Below, in pieces: positions 1-5,493 of a stretch of DNA of 35,884 nt. The DNA comes from a virus. The stretch is taken from the IMG/VR virus record IMGVR_UViG_3300021431_000053; one strand, written 5' to 3'. Each line of letters starts with the position of its first letter. Position 1 is the stretch's first letter. Both the position numbers and the translations under genes were made by a program. Below the pieces are notes generated by a model, which did no database searches, was not told the DNA's origin, and saw only the letters and a program-made list of their open reading frames with translations.

Positions 1-1131
1 CTATATCCTCATGCTGTTGATCTCCCTGTACAGGACGTTCTTCGACTCGTTTGTGTAGACATCGAAAGTTATGTCATTCATCTTGTGTCCGAGAACCTTC
101 TTGCGCACGTAGATGTTTACGCTGTTAAGCTGGCACAGCGATGCGAACGTCTTTCTCGTGTCATGCATAGTGTGGCTGGTGCCAAGCGCATCATTAACGG
201 ATGCAAGCATCTTGCTGAGGCGGCTGTAGCTGCAGTCGATAAGCCTGTCTCCTTCCTTAAGCAGCTCCTCGACGACATAGCCCTTGATGTCATCGTGTAT
301 CGGTATCACCCTGTTCCTACCAGCCTCCGTCTTGGAGCCGGCTACGAGGTAGCTGATTGTCATTTCATTTCCGTCATCGCTGCATGCCTCGTCAATATGG
401 ACTGCATCCCTGCTGATCCCAATAAGCTCGGATGCCCTGCAACCCGTATAGATGTAGATGAGGATGAGATGAGCCTCGGGAGTGTCCAGCTCCTTCAGCC
501 TTCGTATCTCGTCTATCGAGAAGGGATAATGCTTGTCCGACTGGCTGAATCCAGCCACCCTGATGTATGATGTATAGTCAGAGTCTCTTGAGATGTACTG
601 GTGGATAACTGCATACTCGAATATCTTCGAGCAAAGAGCCTTCATGTGGACCTGCGTGCCATTTGCTGAGCCGTCCCTGTCAAAGATATCCTGGAGGTCA
701 GCAAGCGTGATCGTGTCAATCCTCCTGTTATGGATTGAACTGAAGCGCTTGATCCATGCTCTATACCCCCTCCTTGCGGATTCTGAGAGGCCGGAAAGGT
801 CCTCCTCGCTTATGATCTCGAATATCTCCAGGAACGTTGGCACCTTCCTCCTTGTTGCGTCCATGATGCGGTCATAGAGGTCTGGCGCCACTGCGTCAGC
901 CTCATCCCTGGATATCTTCCTTGACTTCGTGAGCGAATAGATCGAGAGGGCATTGAGCGCCTCCTCCCTCGTCTCGAATGTCCCTATGCTTACCTGCTTC
1001 TTCTTTCCTGTTATTATATCTCTTTCATCACTCATTATACGAGCACAGTAGGGCTTTCTTCTCTTTCCCGATAATTTAACCACGGTACCTGTATTGTTCG
1101 GCCTGCGTCTGAATCTTGCGTTCCTAGGCAT
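1..1131 (-). CDS. int: Tyrosine recombinase (phage integrase) with an N-terminal arm-binding-type domain
   Basis: 376-aa ORF. The stop codon TAG is the reverse complement of bases 1..3. Catalytic signature is present: TGCRASEL (Arg), HDTRKTF (H-x-x-R) and LGHKMNDITFDVYT (His/Tyr). It sits at the end of the lysogeny module next to the attP-like repeats. Confidence 0.9.
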   Translation of the reverse strand: MPRNARFRRRPNNTGTVVKLSGKRRKPYCARIMSDERDIITGKKKQVSIGTFETREEALNALSIYSLTKSRKISRDEADAVAPDLYDRIMDATRRKVPTFLEIFEIISEEDLSGLSESARRGYRAWIKRFSSIHNRRIDTITLADLQDIFDRDGSANGTQVHMKALCSKIFEYAVIHQYISRDSDYTSYIRVAGFSQSDKHYPFSIDEIRRLKELDTPEAHLILIYIYTGCRASELIGISRDAVHIDEACSDDGNEMTISYLVAGSKTEAGRNRVIPIHDDIKGYVVEELLKEGDRLIDCSYSRLSKMLASVNDALGTSHTMHDTRKTFASLCQLNSVNIYVRKKVLGHKMNDITFDVYTNESKNVLYREINSMRI

Positions 1132-1159
1132 AATATGACACGTCCTTTCATATAGATGA

Positions 1160-1189
1160 TTGCCTTCAGCGTGCCACAGGTGCTATAAT
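1160..1189 (+). promoter_or_regulatory. Sigma-70-type promoter TTGCCT-18 nt-TGcTATAAT (extended -10)
   Basis: TTGCCT at 1160..1165. Perfect TATAAT at 1184..1189, preceded by TG at 1181..1182. It points away from int into the int/accessory intergenic region. Confidence 0.4.
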
Positions 1190-1194
1190 TGTGT

Positions 1195-1299
1195 ACGCGG
1201 AAGGTCTTTTTTAACGAGATGGTCTTCTTGCAGTGATGTTCCAGCATCACGCTATCAGCATCCTGGCGCTGTCCGGGATGCCTTTTTTCATGTGGAAGA
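1195..1299 (+). ncRNA. Candidate ~100-nt sRNA, antisense to the leader of any minus-strand transcript entering int
   Basis: It lies downstream of the 1160..1189 promoter. Hairpin GTGATG-6 nt-CATCAC at 1243..1260. Terminator hairpin GCATCC(T)GG-CGCTGT-CC(G)GGATGC at 1268..1291, followed by CTTTTTTC. No credible ORF. Confidence 0.35.
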
Positions 1300-1300
1300 T

Positions 1301-1326
1301 TGTAGTGCATTGCACTACGTTGTACT
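1301..1326. repeat. 26-nt element TGTAGTGCATTGCACTACGTTGTACT (copy 1), containing the perfect palindrome GTAGTGCA-T-TGCACTAC
   Basis: 22 of 26 positions match the copy at 2611..2636. Together the two copies bracket the 280-aa ORF and its leader. Confidence 0.7.
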
Positions 1327-1374
1327 ATTGACGGTTACTTTACTATGTGAAGCTAATGATAAAATCATGTAATG

Positions 1375-2217
1375 CTACTTTAGAAGCTTTCTTGTATTTG
1401 AATCAATAGAAAGATATGTAATTAAATATCTATTTTCTTCGATTGCTGAAGAATTTGCAAAACATTTACTCTTGATTATCTTGTCATGCTTCTCCTTGCT
1501 TACGGTCACTGTGTCAATTACATTTACATTCATCAGTTGATTTTTGTATGTTTTGCTGTGGCATCTACTTTCTATTATTTTTCCCGATTCGTCTTTTTCA
1601 ATGATTCTCCTTATTGGCATAATATCCTGATTATTTGTGCGTGGGTTGTGATTTCGGAATGCAATGATATTGGATATGCAAAAATAATTAGAATCATTCT
1701 TCTTGCTTATACATATGTTTAAAACGTATTGCTGAACATGATATGATGCAATGAAGTCAGGGATAAGCTTGGTTTTACCTCTGAATTTGTTAACATCAAA
1801 ATAGTGCCATTCTCCTTCGGTCAATGCTTTCATAATGAAAGGAAATGAAAGAACTCTGATTCTTGTTGTCTCGTTGCTCCAGGCTCGGCCATTTTTTGAT
1901 AACTTAAGGATATCTAATGTGATAATGCTCTTTTTCATGTTCTTATAAGCGTTGATACCATTGAATGCCCCTTCAAACTTTAGCTGCTTGTTATGGGATT
2001 TTTTATCGTAGAATTCGTGGATGTCCAGTATATGGCTTACTGCCTTTGCCTCACAGTAAACTTTAAATGTCATGCCATCATCCATCTCAACAAATATTTC
2101 ATGGTTCTCTATTCGACTTTCAAAGAAATTACAGTAATCCTTTAATGTTATGTACTGATCATCTGGGATGATGCCTTTATTTATGCAATTTTCAATATAA
2201 TCTGTATGATCTTCCAT
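1375..2217 (-). CDS. Hypothetical 280-aa accessory protein with no recognised family; candidate effector/toxin
   Basis: Long ORF in a visibly AT-rich block. I place the start at ATG 2217, four nt after GGAGG (2222..2226), rather than the TTG at 2232 used by the ORF track. I recognise no catalytic motif with confidence. Confidence 0.75.
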   Translation of the reverse strand: MEDHTDYIENCINKGIIPDDQYITLKDYCNFFESRIENHEIFVEMDDGMTFKVYCEAKAVSHILDIHEFYDKKSHNKQLKFEGAFNGINAYKNMKKSIITLDILKLSKNGRAWSNETTRIRVLSFPFIMKALTEGEWHYFDVNKFRGKTKLIPDFIASYHVQQYVLNICISKKNDSNYFCISNIIAFRNHNPRTNNQDIMPIRRIIEKDESGKIIESRCHSKTYKNQLMNVNVIDTVTVSKEKHDKIIKSKCFANSSAIEENRYLITYLSIDSNTRKLLK

Positions 2218-2228
2218 CTTTCCTCCAA

Positions 2229-2266
2229 ACAAAAAAACACCAGCTTACTAGGCTAGTGTTTTTTTA
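2229..2266 (-). terminator. Intrinsic terminator (A-tract/stem/T-tract, bidirectional shape) directly abutting the RBS of the 280-aa ORF
   Basis: Minus strand reads AAAAAAACACUAGC-CUAGUAA-GCUGGUGUUUUUUU, followed by GUUUGGAGGAAAGAUG. The stem is 9 bp with one mismatch. Confidence 0.65.
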
Positions 2267-2455
2267 ATAAGTGCTAGCGAGTGCATCAGATGACTGACCA
2301 CTCCACCCATAGGATACTTGATGCGTCCCCTCCAGGGTCATGGCTGAGCAGGCCAGGGGATACGGTGCTAGCTCCGTATTCGCTTTCTTGCGAACTCGAC
2401 AGTCGACGAGAACGAAACGGCATTCGGCTCAAGGACAAGCCTTTATGTTTTCGTC
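2267..2455 (-). ncRNA. GC-rich structured ~190-nt leader or ncRNA lying between a promoter and a terminator
   Basis: This is a compositional island, roughly balanced in GC, inside about 570 bp of AT-rich non-coding DNA. Local helices on the minus strand: UUCGC-AAGAAA-GCGAA, UACGG-8 nt-CCGUA, UCCCCU...AGGGGA enclosing UGGC-7 nt-GCCA, and GCAUCA...UGAUGC. I do not recognise any Rfam family. Confidence 0.4.
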
Positions 2456-2460
2456 ATCTC

Positions 2461-2491
2461 ATTTATAACACTAGTGATATTCAGTTGTAAA
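2461..2491 (-). promoter_or_regulatory. Sigma-70-type promoter TTTACA-17 nt-(TGt)TATAAAT driving the structured leader
   Basis: Minus strand reads TTTACA (plus 2486..2491), a 17-nt spacer ending in TG, then TTATAAAT (plus 2461..2468). Confidence 0.5.
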
Positions 2492-2571
2492 GCATTATTA
2501 TATTTTTTTGGATCCTAGAATTCATTTATGGCCATTAGGCACAGCATAAAACGCCTTCATGGGTAAAATAT

Positions 2572-2595
2572 TGTGTTCTTAAATGTGTTCTTAAA
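2572..2595. repeat. Perfect tandem 12-mer TGTGTTCTTAAA x2; possible operator upstream of the leader promoter
   Basis: Read directly: 2572..2583 equals 2584..2595. Confidence 0.8.
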
Positions 2596-2610
2596 TATTA
2601 TCTTTAGTTA

Positions 2611-2636
2611 TGTAGAACATTGCACTACGCTGTAAT
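2611..2636. repeat. 26-nt element TGTAGAACATTGCACTACGCTGTAAT (copy 2), followed by the inverted repeat CTGTAATT-6 nt-AATTACAG (2630..2651)
   Basis: 22 of 26 positions match the copy at 1301..1326. The adjacent 8-bp inverted repeat is perfect. Confidence 0.7.
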
Positions 2637-2650
2637 TAATCTAAATTACA

Positions 2651-2737
2651 GGTAAAATGAAAGAGCCCTCACAGGGAGGACTCTTCTTCAGTGGCGCAAT
2701 GGCCGTTGTGTTTAACAGTGGCGTATAGCCGTTGTTC
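2651..2737 (-). ncRNA. Candidate ~85-nt sRNA made of two tandem ~27-nt repeats plus its own terminator
   Basis: The promoter is at 2744..2772. On the plus strand the repeats are GTGGCG-CAATG-GCCGTTGT-GTTTAAC (2691..2717) and GTGGCG-TATA-GCCGTTGT-TCAAC (2718..2743). Terminator is AGAGUCCUC-CCUGU-GAGGGCUCU followed by UUCAUUUU (plus 2651..2684). No ORF. Confidence 0.45.
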
Positions 2738-2743
2738 AACTGT

Positions 2744-2772
2744 ATATTATCCTATAACTGAAGATTTGTCAA
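2744..2772 (-). promoter_or_regulatory. Near-consensus sigma-70 promoter TTGACA-17 nt-TAATAT
   Basis: Minus strand TTGACA corresponds to plus 2767..2772 and TAATAT to plus 2744..2749, with a spacer of exactly 17 nt. It lies about 30 nt downstream of the MazF-like stop codon. Confidence 0.55.
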
Positions 2773-2800
2773 TCCCCTTGATTTACCTGGCTTTTGCCAC

Positions 2801-3334
2801 TTATTTCTTATTTGATTTATCTTTTACAAATAGCTCAATTAACTTAGATTCAATCAAATCAAGTATCAGGTCATCAGCAATCAATTTCTTTAGTGGGTCA
2901 TATTTACTTGTTGGTGGTAGGATTTTGTATTTACTTATCGTTGTAATGTTCTGAACAAGAGCGTAGGACCTCTTATTCTTTTTGATATACATTTCGGCAA
3001 TATCTTTTAATTCGTTCAGGTTTTTCGTTACTTGATTAATATCTTCTTCGTTATATTGCAGTCCGTTGTCATCTAGATCTTGGAATATTCTTGTGAATTC
3101 TTCTAGTTGACTAATGAGTAATGGGAATATTTGTTTGGATACTATGTTTCCGACATCTAAATAATACGCTTTATTCTTAGAACTCAACGGAACGACTGTA
3201 AGAACACCATTTCCTGGTGAATCTTTCTTTGTAAGGACAATCGCGAAATGCTTTCCTCTTAGTTCGCTTCCTGTTGAAGGATTGAAGTTAACAAGGATAA
3301 TTTGTCCTCTTTTGTACTTTTGAAACCTAGTCAT
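2801..3334 (-). CDS. MazF/PemK-fold toxin-like protein (177 aa) with a ~60-aa helical insertion
   Basis: The N-terminus KRGQIILVNFNPSTGSELRGKHFAIVLTKKD...VLTVVPLSSKNK matches the MazF/PemK signature (RGD-I-V-x-V-x-F-x-P-x-x-G-x-E-x-x-G-x-R-P-x-(V/I)-V-(L/V)...VVPLTS). SYALVQNITTISKYKI and the C-terminal helix LIADDLILDLIESKLIELF align with the distal MazF core. I place the start at ATG 3334, seven nt after AGAGG, rather than the TTG at 3370 in the ORF track. Confidence 0.7.
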   Translation of the reverse strand: MTRFQKYKRGQIILVNFNPSTGSELRGKHFAIVLTKKDSPGNGVLTVVPLSSKNKAYYLDVGNIVSKQIFPLLISQLEEFTRIFQDLDDNGLQYNEEDINQVTKNLNELKDIAEMYIKKNKRSYALVQNITTISKYKILPPTSKYDPLKKLIADDLILDLIESKLIELFVKDKSNKK

Positions 3335-3414
3335 GAATTTACCTCTTTTTTTGAAATGATGATTTGTCAAATTTAAAAACGCTTAGCTGTTTGTAAAGCT
3401 GTTTTATAAAATCC

Positions 3415-4059
3415 CTAGAACTCCTTTATGGCCCTCTTGAGGATGCCGATCACGCGAAAGTTTGTGTTGTTCAGGTCAATTACAATGGGATCGTAGCTGG
3501 GATTCATGGGAATGAGCTGGATGAAGGTCTCGCCCTGCCTGAACTTCTTGCATGTCGCTATGCCGTCGTCTATGCAGAACGAACCGATCTGTCCGCTCTC
3601 TATTGAGCTGGACTTCTTGAATATGAGAAGGTCTCCGTCGTTTATGCCTGCATTGATCATGGAGTCACCGCTTGCGATCTGGGCGAAGTAATCGGATTCG
3701 GAGCCGGCAAGCCCGTTGGAAACGACCTCTATCGTATCGACAAGGTTGTCATCAACGAACATGCCGTTTCCACATGAGATGTCACCATATAGCGGAATGG
3801 TGATGAAGGAGACGGGATGCGGTGTGCTTAGGTTAGATGGCTTGTTTTCAACTAGATCGGATTTTTTTATTCCTAAATAGTCAGCTAAAAGTTGTACTTT
3901 ATCCATTCGTGGATATTTTTTTGCATTAACCCAGTCACTGATTGTGCTTGTTGTTATTTTCAAGTCTCTTGATAAATCAGATTGTGTTTTGTTATTAATT
4001 GATAAATAGTGTCTTAAATTTTTCGAGAATATTTCTCTTTCTTTTTGTTTGATATCCAT
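3415..4059 (-). CDS. CI-like repressor: XRE-family HTH plus an S24 (LexA-like) autopeptidase domain
   Basis: The HTH is KTQSDLSRDLKITTSTISDWVNAKKYP. The S24 motif GDSMINAGINDGDLLIF has a downstream Lys (CKKF). I prefer the start at ATG 4059, eight nt after GAGG; the ORF-track start at 4065 is only two nt from the SD. Confidence 0.85.
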   Translation of the reverse strand: MDIKQKEREIFSKNLRHYLSINNKTQSDLSRDLKITTSTISDWVNAKKYPRMDKVQLLADYLGIKKSDLVENKPSNLSTPHPVSFITIPLYGDISCGNGMFVDDNLVDTIEVVSNGLAGSESDYFAQIASGDSMINAGINDGDLLIFKKSSSIESGQIGSFCIDDGIATCKKFRQGETFIQLIPMNPSYDPIVIDLNNTNFRVIGILKRAIKEF

Positions 4060-4080
4060 ATACATTACCTCACTAACTAA

Positions 4081-4110
4081 ATATTACTCCATTAAATGCG
4101 TAAAAATCAA
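4081..4110 (-). promoter_or_regulatory. Repressor (PRM-like) promoter TTGATT-18 nt-TAATAT
   Basis: Minus-strand -35 corresponds to plus 4105..4110 and -10 to plus 4081..4086, upstream of the cI-like start. Confidence 0.5.
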
Positions 4111-4127
4111 CTTATTAAGGAAAAAAT

Positions 4128-4159
4128 TTCCGCTTTAAGTTGACATTACGCTTAAAGCG
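4128..4159. promoter_or_regulatory. Operator pair: TTCCGCTTTAAG (4128..4139) and palindrome CGCTTAAAGCG (4149..4159) bracketing the PR -35 box
   Basis: CGCTTTAAG and CTTAAAGCG are perfect 9-bp inverted repeats 11 bp apart. The same motif recurs at 4666..4679. Confidence 0.6.
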
Positions 4160-4167
4160 AGTATAAT
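4140..4167 (+). promoter_or_regulatory. Early lytic (PR-like) promoter with consensus TTGACA-16 nt-TATAAT
   Basis: TTGACA at 4140..4145 and TATAAT at 4162..4167. The operator palindrome lies inside the spacer. Confidence 0.7.
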
Positions 4168-4195
4168 AAATGGTGTAAGGAGGAGTTACAAAGAA

Positions 4196-4285
4196 TTGAA
4201 AAAGCATAAAAAAATGAAGATTACTAAAATCGAACTCGAAATCAACCTAGTAATCTTCAAAATCAAAATCACCATAGAAAGGTAA
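4196..4285 (+). CDS. Possible 29-aa leader peptide (MKKHKKMKITKIELEINLVIFKIKITIER)
   Basis: TTG start 12 nt after AAGGAGGAG (4177..4185). It is followed by two hairpins, AGAGC-GAAA-GCUCU and CCUCAC-UUGG-(G)UGAGG. It is too short for the ORF track. Confidence 0.25.
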   Translation: MKKHKKMKITKIELEINLVIFKIKITIER

Positions 4286-4361
4286 GAGCGAAAGCTCTTT
4301 CCTCACTTGGTGAGGTAATGGTAACACATTTTTTGTAACTCCTCAACAGGAAGGAGAAATA

Positions 4362-4475
4362 ATGAAGGTAAAAATAAGCGTAAAAAGAACTAAATTTGAC
4401 AAGAAAGCATTTGCTGTATGGATTGTATTGATTATTGCAATTGCTGCAATTGTATGGGTGAGGGGGTGGTTATAG
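4362..4475 (+). CDS. 37-aa basic/hydrophobic single-TM peptide (MKVKISVKRTKFDKKAFAVWIVLIIAIAAIVWVRGWL)
   Basis: ATG at 4362, six nt after AGGAAGGAGA. The stop codon TAG (4473..4475) overlaps the GTG start of cro by one nt (TAGTG), which suggests translational coupling. Confidence 0.45.
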   Translation: MKVKISVKRTKFDKKAFAVWIVLIIAIAAIVWVRGWL

Positions 4476-4726
4476 TGCAGTTAACATTGAAAGCATGGAG
4501 AATCAATGCGGGATTATCGCTTGAAGATGTCGCTTCAATTTTAGGAAAGACGCCCAGAACAATACAAAATTGGGAAAGTGGGTTTAACATTCCTGATAAA
4601 GCTAACGTTTATAAGCTTGCGAAAATATATAACACAACAATTGACAATATTTTTTTGGGAAATCATTCCGCTTTAAGCGAAAGATATAAGAATAATAAAG
4701 AACAACTACAAAAAGGAGATGAATAA
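4475..4726 (+). CDS. Cro-like XRE-family HTH regulator
   Basis: The HTH is LSLEDVASILGKTPRTIQNWESG. I prefer the GTG at 4475, behind GAGGGGGTGG. The Cys-rich N-terminal extension in the ORF track (from 4418) has no RBS. Confidence 0.75.
   Translation: MQLTLKAWRINAGLSLEDVASILGKTPRTIQNWESGFNIPDKANVYKLAKIYNTTIDNIFLGNHSALSERYKNNKEQLQKGDE
4666..4679. promoter_or_regulatory. Distal operator copy TTCCGCTTTAAGCG inside the 3' end of the cro-like gene
   Basis: The 12-mer TTCCGCTTTAAG is identical to 4128..4139. CGCTTTAAGCG is the reverse complement of the palindrome at 4149..4159. Confidence 0.5.
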
Positions 4727-4728
4727 AA

Positions 4729-5493
4729 ATGAACGAATTAAAAGTTTTTAAGAATCAGGAATTTGGTTCGGTCAGGACATTAGTAATTGATAAAGAGCCT
4801 TGGTTTGTCGGAAAAGATGTGGCTGAGGTTCTTGGCTATAAGAATCAAAATGATGCATTAAGCAAACACGTTGATGACGAAGATAAAGATACAATCGCGA
4901 TTCGCGATTCTATCGGTAGAAATAGAGACACTCCAATAATCAATGAAAGTGGTCTTTACAGTCTTATTCTCTCAAGCAAGTTACCAAGCGCCAAGAAGTT
5001 TAAACGCTGGGTCACAAGTGAAGTACTCCCAGCACTTAGAAAAACAGGGCAGTACCAAGTGAAGGAACTAAGCGGACGGGAATTAATGGCTAAGGCATTA
5101 ATCGAGGCACAAAGTGTTCTAGCTGCTAAAGACAAGCAGATCGAGCAAATGAAGCCCAAGGCACTTTTCGCTGATGCGGTGGCAAGCTCCAGCACATCAA
5201 TCCTAATCGGACAGCTCGCCAAGATCCTTACGCAGAACGGGTACAAGACAGGGCAGAACAGACTTTTCGCAAGACTTCGCGAGGAGGGATACCTGAGCAG
5301 CCGAAAGGGCAACGACTGGAACATGCCCCAGCAAAGATACGTTGAGCAGGGACTGTTTAAAATCAAGGAAAGCACGCATCTTGACTCAAACGGCGTGAAC
5401 ATCACTACAAAGACTGTTACTGTAACCGGAAAGGGGCAAATCTATTTTTTAAACAAATTCGTTAAAGAAGGTACAAAATGTTCAAAGATTTAA
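4729..5493 (+). CDS. Antirepressor: BRO-N domain plus KilA-C/ANT domain
   Basis: The N-terminus is LKVFKNQEFGSVRTLVIDKEPWFVGKDVAEVLGY (BRO-N). The C-terminus is ILIGQLAKILTQNGYKTGQNRLFARLREEGYL...YVEQGLF (KilAC). Confidence 0.8.
   Translation: MNELKVFKNQEFGSVRTLVIDKEPWFVGKDVAEVLGYKNQNDALSKHVDDEDKDTIAIRDSIGRNRDTPIINESGLYSLILSSKLPSAKKFKRWVTSEVLPALRKTGQYQVKELSGRELMAKALIEAQSVLAAKDKQIEQMKPKALFADAVASSSTSILIGQLAKILTQNGYKTGQNRLFARLREEGYLSSRKGNDWNMPQQRYVEQGLFKIKESTHLDSNGVNITTKTVTVTGKGQIYFLNKFVKEGTKCSKI

Noticed and set aside
85-877. Plus-strand ORFs 85..570 (161 aa) and 593..877 (94 aa)
   Set aside because: They lie entirely antisense to the well-supported integrase gene, have no RBS, and their sequences are low-complexity and unrecognisable.
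2267-2455. Look-alikes of known RNA motifs in the leader: GGGUGG (T-box-like), CUGAUG (hammerhead-like) and GGGGACGCA (GEMM/ydaO-like)
   Set aside because: Each matches only a fragment of its consensus (the T-box needs GGGUGGNACCGCG, the hammerhead needs CUGANGA plus GAAA in context). I make no family assignment.
2281-2490. A 69-aa plus-strand ORF and a 47-codon minus-strand ORF (MPFRSRRLSSSQ...) inside the GC-rich leader
   Set aside because: Neither has a Shine-Dalgarno sequence. The region sits between a promoter and a terminator and folds into local helices, so I treat it as RNA. A decayed coding remnant cannot be excluded without homologs.
2691-2954. An 87-aa plus-strand ORF
   Set aside because: It is antisense to the 3' end of the MazF-like gene, starts at a GTG inside the tandem repeats, has no RBS, and its sequence is hydrophobic and low-complexity.
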